Source: Chiloscyllium plagiosum (taxonomy: Eukaryota). Taken from it: a stretch of DNA of 64,000 nt. Both the position numbers and the translations under genes were made by a program. The notes below the pieces were generated by a model. The model was not told the DNA's origin. It did no database searches and worked only from the letters and a program-made list of their open reading frames with translations. The stretch's first letter is position 1. The number at the start of each line of letters is the position of its first letter. Shown here piece after piece: positions 27,052 to 38,845 of this stretch. The stretch lies in contig NC_057754.1 of the NCBI RefSeq assembly GCF_004010195.1, positions 13,020,927 through 13,084,926 of the forward strand. The letters are read 5' to 3'.

Positions 27052-27200
27052 CACCCCCCTTTTCCCGCCATGTGGGGAGGACCCTGGCACGAGCCGAACA
27101 GGAACAAGATGGCTCATGTGAAGATTCTGAAACATCCACTTCCAACCAACTGAGTAAGGAGCAACGTTCAGTTTTCACTTTAAACCCATTGTTAGTTCCA
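27052..27200 (-). pseudogene. putative leader exon and proximal promoter remnant upstream of the 26147-26450 Ig exon
   Basis: GCFRIFT*AILFLFGSCQG (signal-peptide-like, with stop) ending near GTGAGG; preceded by GGAAGTG (ETS-like) and AAAGTGAAAACTGAA (IRF/ISRE-like). Confidence 0.35.
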
Positions 27201-27239
27201 ACGTCAGTCCTTTCATTCCCAAATAAAAGCAGATACCTC

Positions 27240-27540
27240 ACTGCACAGAGATACAGACACAAAAATGCACAGACGTGTTGGTAAACACCGCAACATTCTA
27301 ACATGCACAATACATATAAGGAGATAGGCATACGCATACATTGCAACACACAGAAACATATACAGTAGCACACAAATACACACAAAACAGATAGAAACAC
27401 AGAGGCTGATACACAGACACACAGATGTAGTCACACAAATACAGAGAAAACAAGCACATGGACACACACACACACACACGACGTACACATGCATATACAT
27501 ACACACAGATACACAAACACTAGTGTCATTGAGACACAAA
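27240..27540. repeat. degenerate (CA)-rich low-complexity tract
   Basis: ACACAG/ACATAC-type units and (CA)n at ~27462-27479. Confidence 0.85.
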
Positions 27541-28119
27541 TCAATACATTTTTGGTTTATAAGGGGATCAAGGATTCTCGAGAGAAGGCAGGAGAATGAC
27601 GTTGAGGTACATACAAAAAATGTTTGAACGGCATATCAGATTCGATGGGCCGAATGGCCTCATTCTGCTCCTTTTTTCATGCTCATGTGGTGTTATGACG
27701 TCAAGTATTCATTTTCTGAGACAGCAGCAGAGGCTGGGTTTGATACATATTTGACTGGAAAGAGTCAGTGGGAATGTGGTACAGGTTTGGACGGCAGAGA
27801 GGTTTATGTTTATTCAATTATTATATCCTTCAGTATGAAAAGAGGTGGTGATTTGGTGTGAAGTTAACACAGTTTTGAAGTAATGGGTCCCACAATGAAA
27901 TAAGGATGTCCCTTTCCCTTTAGTGCTGTGCTATCTGTGGTATCTTCATCCTCAGGGAATAGGGAAGACTCGGTTATTGAAGATATTCTAGACTGAGTGT
28001 GACTGCTCTTTGCTGGACAGGAGAGTCAATGTTTATTGGGAACAGGCAGGAGACGGATGGACAGACACATTCGGATCAGCCATGAGCATTCTGAATGGTA
28101 TCGCCGAATGGCCAACAGC

Positions 28120-28542
28120 TGCTCCTGCCCCATGTGTTGTTCCCTCAATCCACTCATCGAGGCTGTTACAGAGATATAATGCTGTCCCTACCCCATGTGT
28201 TGTTCCCTCAATCCGCCCCTCTATGCTGTTACGGAGATATACTGCTGTCCCTACCTCATGTGTTGTTCTCTCAATCCACCACTCGGTGCTGCTAAAGAGA
28301 TATACTGCTGCCCCTAACCCATGTGTTGTTCCCTAAATCCACCTCGATGCTGTTACCAAAATGTATTGCTGCCCCTACCCCATGTGTTTTTCCCTCAATC
28401 CACCCCTCGATGCTGTTACAAAGATGTATTGCTGCCTCTAACCCATGTGTTGTTCCCTCAATGCACCCTCGATGCTGTTACAGAGATATACTGCTGCCCC
28501 TACCATATATGTTGTTCTCTCAATCCACCCTCGATGCTGTTC
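28120..28542 (+). repeat. minisatellite, ~61-63 bp unit, about 7 copies
   Basis: CATGTG anchor at 28132, 28194, 28257, 28320, 28381, 28444; unit CCCATGTGTTGTTCCCTCAATCCACCCTCGATGCTGTTACAGAGATATACTGCTGCCCCTA. Confidence 0.9.
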
Positions 28543-28729
28543 CAGGCTAGGGGACGACCCCATTCAGTCAGACAAGATCGTTACAATGAGACAGAAGGAG
28601 ACCATTCTGCCCCTCTGAGAGATTACACAGGAATACAGAATGAAGTCATTCAGCTCGTTGAGTACATTACACAGCCCAGGACGAGGCCATTCAACCTACC
28701 TGAACGGCTACACAGGAACAGGGAAGCTG

Positions 28730-29480
28730 TCGCTAACAGGAAATAGAGAGTAGAGAGAAATGTTTACTTTCAGGCTGCAACGCTGTAACTGATGGAGTGC
28801 CACAGAGATCACTGTGGGGTCATCAATGACCAATAATCTGGATCCAAGATCTGGAGGAATGGGTGGGAATGGCTTGGAGCTCAATTAGCTCAGACACCAA
28901 GATGGTCATTCATTGTGTCGTCAAATGGAGGTAGTGAGCCTGCAATGTGATTATAGACAGGGAAGATTAGTGAGCAAACATTCAGCAGAATTAACATAAG
29001 GTAAGTTGTGTATTTTGGCAGGTAGGATAAAACATTGGTAATCAATTTAAATGGAGAGAGTTTGCAGAACTTGTGATACAGGCGGTTTCCATGTTCCTGG
29101 GACATGAATCATGTGAGGCCAGTCTGCAGATGCAGCATATGATTTGGAAGGTAAGTGGAATGATGCTGTTTTTGACAACAGGTATCAGGTTTAATCGCAG
29201 GAATGTTTTACTGCATCTATACAGGGCATTGCTGAGACCACACCTGATGCACTGTGTGCAGTTTTGATCCCCTAAACTAAAATAAAAGGATATAATTATT
29301 TTCGAAGATTTCCAAAGAGGTTTCACTTTACTCATTCCTGGAATGCCGGCCTTTTGTTATGGGGGATAATCAGTTTCGATCTTAGCTGAGAGGTAGTATT
29401 GAACCACCTATGTTTTTCTGAAAAATGTATCAACTGGATGCATATTATCTCTTGTCATGGAGACTAAAGCTACAGAATAA
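28730..29480 (+). mobile_element. old CR1 RT/3' fragment
   Basis: LLHLYRALLRPHLMHCVQF*SP. Confidence 0.7.
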
Positions 29481-29844
29481 ATTTGAAGAAAAAGATGCAT
29501 TGATATTAACACACATACTATGAAGACACCTACCAATATTTACAAATTACACAGACACATGAAAGCATGTCAACAAATTATAAAGTGGGGACACTTTTTG
29601 CAATTGAATGGAATTGTGTACAAGAGCAATGACGCATCTGCATCTCATCCATAATCAGGATTTTGCAGAGAATATTCCATGAGAGCACACATGGTCCAGT
29701 TTGTTGTTCAGTTAACATTATTGTATGTTCCAACACAGAGAGGGAGAAAAATGTTCCCTGCCAGCAGCCGATTGATCCCTCTCTGTTACTTTATTCCATC
29801 TGATAGCAAAGTGTGAGATCAAAACATCCTTAAGTTATCTTTAC

Positions 29845-29892
29845 CATTTGTGAAGGATTTCTGGTGAGGATTCACTGGAATATCTCCACTGC
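29845..29892 (-). pseudogene. putative 48-bp phase-1/1 exon (cytoplasmic-tail-like)
   Basis: TTCCCTTTGTTTCAG|GC AGT GGA ... AAT G|GTAAAG; open frame SGDIPVNPHQKSFTN. Confidence 0.35.
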
Positions 29893-30059
29893 CTGAAACA
29901 AAGGGAATTTAGCCAAATCCAACTGTTCCAGAAAGACATCCCACTACCATTTGCTTGTGTGAGCAGAATAACTGCAAAGGCAGAATAACGTTTGGGGCAC
30001 TTTATAATTTCATCATTTGTTATGAGTTCAACTTCCTGTGTCTCATATATTTCTAGAAA

Positions 30060-30900
30060 ATGACCTACTCTGAGACCTATATCATTGACCACATCACTAA
30101 ACTGGCTGCATTTAAGATTGGTGTAACCAGTGGAGGAGTGGGACAGAAAAGGAAACAGTGACCCTTCAACATTGGCTGGAATACAAATGAGAAACTCTCA
30201 AAGGGCTGTTCAAGTGGAAATTCCCTTCTTCAGAAGTTTGTGATGCCTGAATGTTTGCATTTATTCAAGGTTGTTTTTGGTGACATTTGACGTACAAGTG
30301 AATTTAGGAAAATGGTATACAGACAAAAAAGTGCTGCTGAGACCACAATCACATCACGCATGATGTCTGTGCATGGTGGAGCGGTGACAAAATGTCTACT
30401 GGCCCACTCCGGCTGCTCAGTCCTATGTTGCTATGTTCCAGTCGACCTCTCACAGCTCCTGCAAGGAGCAGATGGAGTCCACTTGCTCCAAATACCTGGT
30501 CCACAGTAACATAGGATATCCCTTCAGACTGTCACACACGGTTTGGTGTGGATTGGAAAATATTATTTGGAAATCCAGACTGGGTTCGAAAGACACCTCT
30601 GGTCTCTTTACAGAGTGTGCCCTCTCTGCAACTTGTGCTTCATTTGTTGGTCGTGGTGTAGACCCAGATTCACTGTGAATACAGCTCCCACACCTCACCC
30701 AGAGATGACTCACACAATACCTTGCTCTCTCAGATTACAACGTTCAATAACAGAACGTTCAGGAAAATTACAACCGTTAACTTTGCAATTACAGAATATG
30801 AGGACATAAGGAACAGGATCAGGTAATTCGGATGATCAAGGCATTGTACACCATCATAGCTGATCTAGTGTTGACATTAACTCCTCTTTAATGCCCAATT
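30060..30900. repeat. old segmental duplicate (paralog of ~14430-15200)
   Basis: colinear with 14430-15200. Confidence 0.75.
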
Positions 30901-31479
30901 ATTCACATCCCTTAACTCTCTGACAGGTCAAAAATCCATATATCTCCTCCTTAAATAGTTTCAGTGATGTAGCTCCCATAACTCTCTAACCCAGATAATT
31001 CCTGACAGTGATTACCCTCTGTGAGAGGAAAACACTCCCTACATATACACCGTCACCTATTGATATGAACAAGGGGTGAAAGCATGGGCTCAGGAAAGAT
31101 TGAATGGTTTTGATATCAAGGCGGTATTTGAGTGAGAATGGACGCACGGTGGGCTGAATGCCCTCCCTTTGTCGTGTTATTAATTCTGAATTTTTCTGAC
31201 CCAAAATAAACAAGCTGGTCCAGTGAAGAACACAGTGGACAATTAACCATTATCTCTTCCTGTTTTCTGACATGTTGCGGCCTCGAAATATCTGTACAAA
31301 CAAACAGACCCCTCACATTAAAATCAGCACACTGCCAGGCCCATTGTGTTCAGTACCCTATGCCTGTTTGATGTTGGTCTTAGCTATCCTGGTATTAGTC
31401 TCCAACTCCTCAGTCACTGTACATGTGGACCTACTGCTGTGATTCTCCACACACACACACCCCGCATCCCCACCCCACC

Positions 31480-31900
31480 GCCGCCACACACATGTTTAAA
31501 CCCTCCATGAGGGACAATAGCAAATTTGCCTGCCAGGAGATTGCTGCCAGTCCAGGTCTGTCCTGTCCTTCTTGTGTATATCCTACCGACTCAGGAATCC
31601 TAATGATCCACGTATCGGAGACTGCTGCTAGTTCAGGTCTTTCCCGTCCTTCTTGTATATATCCTACCGACCTGGGAATCCTAATGATCCACATATCGGA
31701 GATTGCTGCCAGTTCAGGTCCATCCCGGCCTTGTGAATGTCTAACCGACCCGGGAATCCCAATGATTCACATATCAGAAGTGCTGCCTCCCCTCCCAGCT
31801 CTTTGAACGTGCATTTAACTGTGCTACCTTCCTATTCCGAACCTAACTGGCTCGTGACATATTCTAGTTCTCCAAAATTCAAATATCCTTGCAGCACAAC
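31480..31900 (-). mobile_element. CR1 ORF1 (esterase) C-terminal fragment with internal 81-bp triplication (31536-31775)
   Basis: minus reads RYVDH*D..YK/KDG..NLLAGKFA..GGTTTAAAC like CR1 ORF1 ends; units start at 31536, 31617, 31698. Confidence 0.65.
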
Positions 31901-32589
31901 TCCAGCAAGGCCTTTTCTTTCAAGTGGATAGACTTGATAATAAAAACCGAAGTGTGAGCTCAGGAAAACGGAGTCCACTGAATCAGTCCAAGGACCACAC
32001 GATCTGATATCTATCCCCGCCACCAAACCTGTTTGACAAGGTACAAATATGGACCATATATTTGCAGATGGACGAGGATAAAAAGAAGACGAGAAAATGT
32101 CAGAGCAGGTGGATGTCATTCAGCCTGTTTACTCCAATATTCAATTGGCTTTTAGTTATTCTGTTCCTTTCAATGGCAGGGTCTTTACCCAGCATCCCCA
32201 ACCGTGCAGAAAGTGTCCAGTGTCGTTGTGTGCACAGTGTCGTTGTGTCCCGGGGTGGCACAAGGAAAGGCTGCATGTAGTGACGATGGAGTGAGGGACT
32301 GAAAGAGATGGAATGGGTATCAAGGGACACTGCACTCTGACAAGTGGCCGGGCAAGATTCCTAAACACCAAGGTAACCTGAGAACCACAGCTGTTTTTAC
32401 AGAAACCTGTCACATTAACTGCATTTCTCCATCAAACAAAAAGCAAAAATATTGTAGAAATCCCAATCAAACACAGAGACATACTGTGGAGAGAGAAAAG
32501 AATTAATGCTTCCAATGCAGACACGGGAAGAATGTACAAACTCCACACAGATAGGGTCCAGAGATTGGGATTGGACCCGAGTCCCTAGA

Positions 32590-35335
32590 AATGAAGTAAG
32601 GTCAGATGGTGTAGAATCTGTGTCGGCCGAATTGAGGAATCAAAAAGGTGAAAAAATTCAGTTGTTGTTATGTGCAGGCCTGCAGACAGCAGTCAGGAGC
32701 TGGGGTGCAAGACACACCAGAAGCTAGAAAGATATGTAGGAAAGGCAAACTTACAGTGATCATGTAATTTGTGGAATGTCGATGAGATGGCTCTTTGGAG
32801 TAGCTTGTGCAGGCAGACGAGATGAGGGAGCTTAAGGTGAAAGAAAGCATAAGAGGCAGTGATCGCAATAGGGTGGCACAGTGGCTCAGCAGTTGGCACT
32901 ACTGCCTCACAGCACCAGGGTCCCAGGTTCGATTCCAGTCTTGGGCAACTGTCTGTGTGGAATTTTCACATTCGGCATGGGTTTGCTCCGGTCCAAAGAT
33001 TTGCAGGTTAGATGAATTGGCCATGCTAATTTGCCCATAGTGTTAGGTGCGTTAGTCAGAGGGAAGTGGGTCTGGTTGGGTTACTCTGCGGAGGGTCAGT
33101 GTGGACTGGTTAGGCCGAAGGGCCTGTTTCTACACTATAGGGAATCTAATTATAATATGATTGCATTTACTCTGCAATTTCAAATGGAGAAATTAGCATC
33201 AGCAGTAACGGTTTTGCAGCTGAATAAAGGCAATTACAGAGGCAAGAGAGAGAAGCTGGGTAGATTTGCCTGGGAGATGGGCCCAGCACGAAAGACAGTG
33301 GAGCAGCAATGGCAGGAAATCTTTGGAGTAATTCAGGATACAGCAGAGATTGAGGCAACCATAGCTGACTAGGGAAATCAGGGACAGCATAAAAGCAAAA
33401 AAGAAAGCATAAAATATGGTGAGGGACAATGGGAAACCAGAGTATTGGGAAGCTTACAAAGACACAACAAAGGGCAAACAAACTAAAATATTAAATATGG
33501 AGGTAAGCTAGCCAGTAATATAAAGGAAAATTGTAACAGTTTCTTTCAACATATAAAGTACAAAAGAGAGGCAAACGTGGGCATTGGACTGCTGGAAAAT
33601 AATACTGGAGAGGTAGTAGTGGTGAACAATAAAAAGGCCGAGGAACTGAATTTCTTTGCGTTAGTTTCACGGTAGAAGATACGAGTAATACATTAACATT
33701 CAAGGTAGTGAGAGGCCAAAACCGAGTATGATGGCCACCACCGTGGAGAACATGCGAGAAAAAACTCAATGGCCTGCAGGTGGTTAAATTACCTGGACCA
33801 GATGGACTACATCCCAATGATTGAAGGAAGATAGTTGAAAAGGGAGTGGGGGAGATAGTGGTGATCTTCCAGGAAACACAAGAGTAAGGAACGATCTCAG
33901 AGCACTGGAAACCCACTAACGTGACACCCCATTTTAACAATGGAGTAAAGAAAATAACAAAAAAGTCCACAATGAATAGATTAACCTCGTTCGTGGGTAA
34001 GATCCTGTAATCCATTGTGAAGGATGAGATTTCTGAATACTTGGAAGTGTTTGGTAAAATAGGACAAAATCACTATGGTTTCATCAAAGGAAGGTCATGC
34101 TTGATAAATCTGTTGGAATTCTTTGAAGAGGAAATGAGCATGCTCGACCAAGCACAGCCAATGGATTTAATCCACCTAAGATTCACGAAGGCCTTTGACA
34201 AGGTGTCACACAGAAGATTACTGAGTATGATAATGGTCCGTGGTGTTAGAGGCAAGGTGATGGCTTGAGTAGACGCTTGTCTGTCAGGCAGAAAACAGAG
34301 TGTGGGGATGAAATGGTCCTTCTCAGGATGGCAGCAGGTGACAAGTGGTGTCCCACAAGGCTCAGTGTTGGAATCGTATTTTTTTACTTGTTAGGTTAAC
34401 AATCTAGATGATGGAACTGACGGAAGTCTGAAAAGTTTCCAGATGATACAAAGATAGGCAGACGGACAGGTCGAATTGAGGAAGCGGAGAGGCTGAAGAA
34501 GGATTTGGACAGTTAAAGAGATTGGCAGATGCATTCCAACGTGGGAAAGTGTGTGGTCATGTATTTTGGCACGAAGAATAGAGGCATGCTCTATTTTCTA
34601 AATGGGGAGAAAATTCAGATCTCTGAAGTGCAAAGGGACTTGGGAGTCCTGTGCAGGGTTCTCTCAAGGTAAGCTTGCAGGTTGAGGCAGTAGTCAGGAG
34701 TACAATTGCATTTATTATTGATGGCATTTATTGCGAGAGTAATTGAATATAAAACAGGTTGTATACGGCTTTGGCCAGATCACATTTGGAGTATTGTGAG
34801 AAATTTTGAGCCCCATATCTCAGGAAGGATGTGCTGGCCCTGGAGCTTGTGAAGACTATTTTCACAAGAATGGTCATGCGAATGAAAGCTTATCGTATGA
34901 GGAATGTTTGAGGGCTCTGGGTCGATACTCGATAAAATTTAGAAGGATGAGAGGGAATGTAATGGAAACATTCAGAATACTGAATAACCTGGACAGAGTG
35001 GATGTTGGTTAGATGTTTCCAATGGACAAGACCCGAGTGCACAGCCTTATAGCAAAAGGGAACACCTTTTCGAACAGTGATAATGAGAAATGTCTTTAAC
35101 CAGAAAGTGGCGACTCTTTAAAATTTATTGCCACAGAAGGCTGTGGGGGCCAGGTCATTGAGTATATTTGAGACGGAAATAGATGTTTTTTTGATTATCC
35201 AGGGGACCAAGGGTTACAGGGAGAAGGTCGGAGAATGGGTTAGGGAAACCTATCGGCGGTGATTGAATGACGGAGCAGACTTGATGGGCTAACTGGCCTA
35301 ATTTCTGCTCCTATGTCTTATAGTCTTATTGTCTA
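32590..35335 (+). mobile_element. degenerate CR1 ORF2 through 3' tail, interrupted by a SINE
   Basis: [69 protein letters not shown]-type tail at ~35315. Confidence 0.85.
32870..33150 (+). mobile_element. HE1/V-SINE-type SINE nested in CR1
   Basis: GGTGGCACAGTGGCTCAG..GGTTCGATTCC..GTCTGTGTGGAATTT. Confidence 0.8.
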
Positions 35336-36019
35336 AACCTCAAGGGGCCACTTGAATCTCCAAGAAGATATATTCATGTTCTTCATGAACGTCAGAAGCT
35401 GGTAGAAATAGTTAACTGTTTTAGAATGAAGGTATTGTGGCTGCTGTCGGGGTGGTGGGTAATATGACATTCAGTGCAGGATCACACACCAACTGCACTG
35501 TATTAATGTGGCGAGAGTTTATTCAAAACCTAGACCTCTCTGTCTCTCTCAAACACTGTGGGGAGTGGTAGTTACGGTGGGTGGGCGTAACGTCCTCAGA
35601 GGCACTTAAACTATCCAGAATCATGCATCCTGACTGAAACAATAGTCATGGAATTTATCACCTTATCATTGTCTGTTTAGAATACAGTGAGTGATTTCCC
35701 ACCCCACTCAGTGCTCAATGCAATCAACTCTTATTTTATCGGAGCACTACAGATAAACCTTTACTCACTCCTCATGATGCCATCACCCCAGGGATTAATC
35801 TGGTGGAACTCCTGTTCACTCTGTCCGTGGTAAGGAGATCACACTTTATAAATGAGAGAAAATTAGCCCCCAATACCACAAATACTGCCTCAACAACACT
35901 CCTAGGTTTGATCACAATAATTCCTTTCCCTCACTTTGTTGGCTCCATTTCTTTCATGTGACAGGAATCCATTCATTTACAATGCACTGCCACTGATGTG
36001 GAATTTAAAATATCCTTAC

Positions 36020-36111
36020 AACTGTAGGTCAGCATCAATAAAGCCAGCACCAAAGGTGCCTATCGAGATGAGCATCACTCTCGTGGAGAGACTCAATTAC
36101 AAAGAATACAT
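36020..36111 (-). pseudogene. putative decayed transmembrane exon
   Basis: TTCACTGTTTTAG| ... |GTAAGG; with one frameshift reads RVMLISIGT-LVLALLMLTYS. Confidence 0.3.
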
Positions 36112-36868
36112 CTAAAACAGTGAATGGCCACCTACTTGAATGGAAATCAGCTGTCGGATTATGGGAAACAGACAGAGGAAGGGAGCTACCTTCACTTTTG
36201 TTCTGCCCTCACGGGATGGTCAGGCCAGCATGCTATCCCAATCTTGAACTGAGTGGCTGGTTCAGCTGTTCCACAGGACAGTAAAGGATAAAACACATTG
36301 CTGTGGATTCGCAGTCACACACAAACCTGACCAATGCTTTCTCTAATGGGCATCAGGCAAGCCGATATCAACATATTATTCTTGACTCTAGATTAAGAGC
36401 CAATGACGTGAACACCATACATTGTCTTCACATCTTTCAGATTTTCTGCAGAGAATAAGTTAAACATTGCATGTGCAATTATTTTGCAACGGACACGTGG
36501 TAAGAAGGGACTTGAAACAGGTATATCCGGAATTAACAAAGGCACAAACGATGGTTTATTCCGGAGTTGCACTGAGGCTGAGGTGGAGACTGGGATGTCT
36601 TAATGGTGGTACTGGACAGGAGTGGTATGTGGGGAGGATATGGAGATGTAAAGTTTGCAGGAGAAAATGAATCAAGGAGGTTGGGAACAGGCTGCTTCAT
36701 CCTCGCATATTGAGGAGTAACTTACATTGAGTAATTTCCTAGTTATAATTTCTAAGGAATGGAATCTTTGATTGGAACTGAAACGCTGACTTGCACCTTT
36801 CCAAAATTTACATACCATGAGCATCGAATCCGTTCAGACAATTTTACTAGACAGACAAAGTGACTTAC

Positions 36869-37199
36869 CAGGAACACCAACTATAGCAAGTATAGGATAG
36901 TAACGAGCTTAAATAACCATCAGTACATCTTCAATCCGCGATGCTAATGATATCAAGGCTGGTAATGCTAGTAAAGACTATAGGATAAATCCCTGTCCAT
37001 TGTTGGAACATTCCAGTCTAATGTTCACAGATTCACATCTCTCCTTCACCTCTCTCTGAAGCTACTGATCCCTGTTACTGGTGTGCGTGATGCTCCCACT
37101 CATACTATGGTATAAGACCCTGAAGCATTCCCTATTGATAGAAGAGGGATGCTCTCTAGGGACGCATAGGATGCATGAAGACTGACCTAATCGCAATCG
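36869..37199 (-). pseudogene. decayed Ig-like exon
   Basis: 331 bp between TATTTGTTCAG| and CTG|GTAAGT; fragments LGQSSCILCV, YEW, QQWTGIYPIVFTSITSLD..RC, YPILAIVG in shifting frames. Confidence 0.45.
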
Positions 37200-37817
37200 C
37201 TGAACAAATACCTCCAGTTAACACCTTTGAATTCAATATGTTTTATTAAAATTCAAAATAACTTTGAACATTTATGCATTCTGGATGTGATATCTAAGTG
37301 TGACTGAAGGAAGGAATGTTGGAGATGGCAGATTTATTATGTGAAATCATTCAGTCTCCCTTGGATATGGAAGTAATGCTCAAGGTTTAACTGCACAAAA
37401 ATGCTTCTCTGCTCATAAATAGAGAAATAAATCCTATAACTACAGATCAATCATTGCAAAATCAGTACAATATTGAGAGAACATCTATCATCCATGATCT
37501 GATGGCAAAGTGTGCCTAAGACAACGTGGTTTTTTTTAACAAACGGCATGGATATGTTAACAGATATTTGTACGTGACAAACGCAATACAGATCGTTATT
37601 CCAGGATCAGAAATGGCAGGTGTGGATAATGTTGTTGATGTTATCGATGTTAAGGAACTGTGCTGAAGTATCATTTACTGGACTTTAATTACATTGTGAT
37701 TATGACATTGTGGAAAAGACAGAAGATGGAGAAGACTGGAGGGCATGGCTTTTCAGACTGTGAGGAATGACAGTGATGTTCCCCAGTCACCAGTATCGGA
37801 ACATTACTCTATATAAT

Positions 37818-38365
37818 TCTTTGAAAAGGTGACGAAGGAGGTTGATGAGGGGAAAGCGGTAGATGTGGTATATATGGATTTTAGTAAGGCGTTTGATAAG
37901 GTTCCCCATGGTAGGCTACTGCAGAAAATACGGAGATATGGCATTGAGGGTGAGTTGGAGGTTTGGATTAGGAATTGGCTGGATGGAAGAAGACAGAGGG
38001 TAGTAGTTGATGGCAAAGTGTCTTCATGGAGTGCCGTCACTAGCGGTGTTCCGCAAGGATCTGTTTTGGGACCATTGCTGTTTGTCATTTTTATAAATGA
38101 CAAACAGCAATGGTCCCAAAACAGATCCTTGCGGAACACCACTAGTGACGGCACTCCATGAAGAAACTTTGCCATCAACTACTACCCTCTGTCTTCTTCC
38201 ATCCAGCCAATTCCTAATCCAAACCTCCAACTCACCCTCAATGCCATATCTCCGTATTTTCTGCAGTAGCCTACCATGGGGAACCTTATCAAACGCCTTA
38301 CTAAAATCCATATATACCACATCTACCGCTTTCCCCTCATCAAACTCCTTCGTCACCTTTTCAAA
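37818..38365. repeat. near-perfect ~550-bp palindrome of a young CR1 RT fragment
   Basis: arms ~37818-38090 and 38095-38365 differ at only a few positions; 4-nt loop TTAT. Confidence 0.95.
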
Positions 38366-38409
38366 GAAAAAGTGGAACGCTTTAAAGAACCTCTACTCTT
38401 TGAATTGAC

Positions 38410-38620
38410 AAGTGCAGCCTCTTTCATTGAATGAACGTGTGCATTCTCATTCACTTAAGAAGCGTGTTAAGTTTGTTAAATTGAAACATTGAATAACGTT
38501 TGATTCATTGAACCAATCATTAAAGTTTGATTCAATGATCAATGAATGCAGTTTGTTTCATTGAATGAACGTAGGCATTTTGGTTCACTAAATAAGGGAG
38601 AAAGATTTGTTCCATTGATT
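38410..38620. repeat. isolated piece of the 270-3566 satellite
   Basis: TTTGATTCAATGAT, TGCAGTTTGTTTCATTGAATGAA. Confidence 0.8.
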
Positions 38621-38845
38621 CAAGTTAGGGGTAGGTTCTTCACTCAGCGAGTTGTAAGTTCATGGAATGCCCTGCCAGTAGCAGTGGTGGACTCTCCCTC
38701 TTTATGGGCATTTAAGCGGGCATTGGATAGGTATATGGAGGATAGTGGGTTAGTATAGGTTAGGTGGGCTTGGATCGGCGCAACATCGAGGGCCAAAGGG
38801 CCTGTACTGCGCTGTATTGTTCTATGTTCTATGTTCTATGTTTTA
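38621..38845 (+). mobile_element. young CR1 3' end with (GTTCTAT)n tail
   Basis: RGRFFTQRVVSSWNALP..FKRALD; tandem tail at ~38819-38842. Confidence 0.9.

Noticed and set aside
27035..27539. Cys/Val-rich ORFs
   Set aside because: Translation of a (TG)-rich low-complexity tract
28120..28542. CRISPR-like periodicity of ~62 bp
   Set aside because: Whole units are homologous with no unique spacers; eukaryotic context and no cas genes
29845..29892. Resemblance to the 48-bp MHC class I cytoplasmic exon
   Set aside because: Only the length and first bases agree; no MHC alpha1/alpha2 or C1-set exons were seen
30639..30677. RSS-like CACAGTG + 23 bp + ACAAATGAA on the minus strand
   Set aside because: Weak nonamer; the paralog at ~14990 lacks the heptamer; better explained as a CACAG splice acceptor. 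The Ig remnants end in splice donors rather than RSSs, so this is not called an Ig/TCR locus
31423..31806. 127-aa repeat-protein ORF
   Set aside because: Antisense to a triplicated CR1 ORF1 remnant
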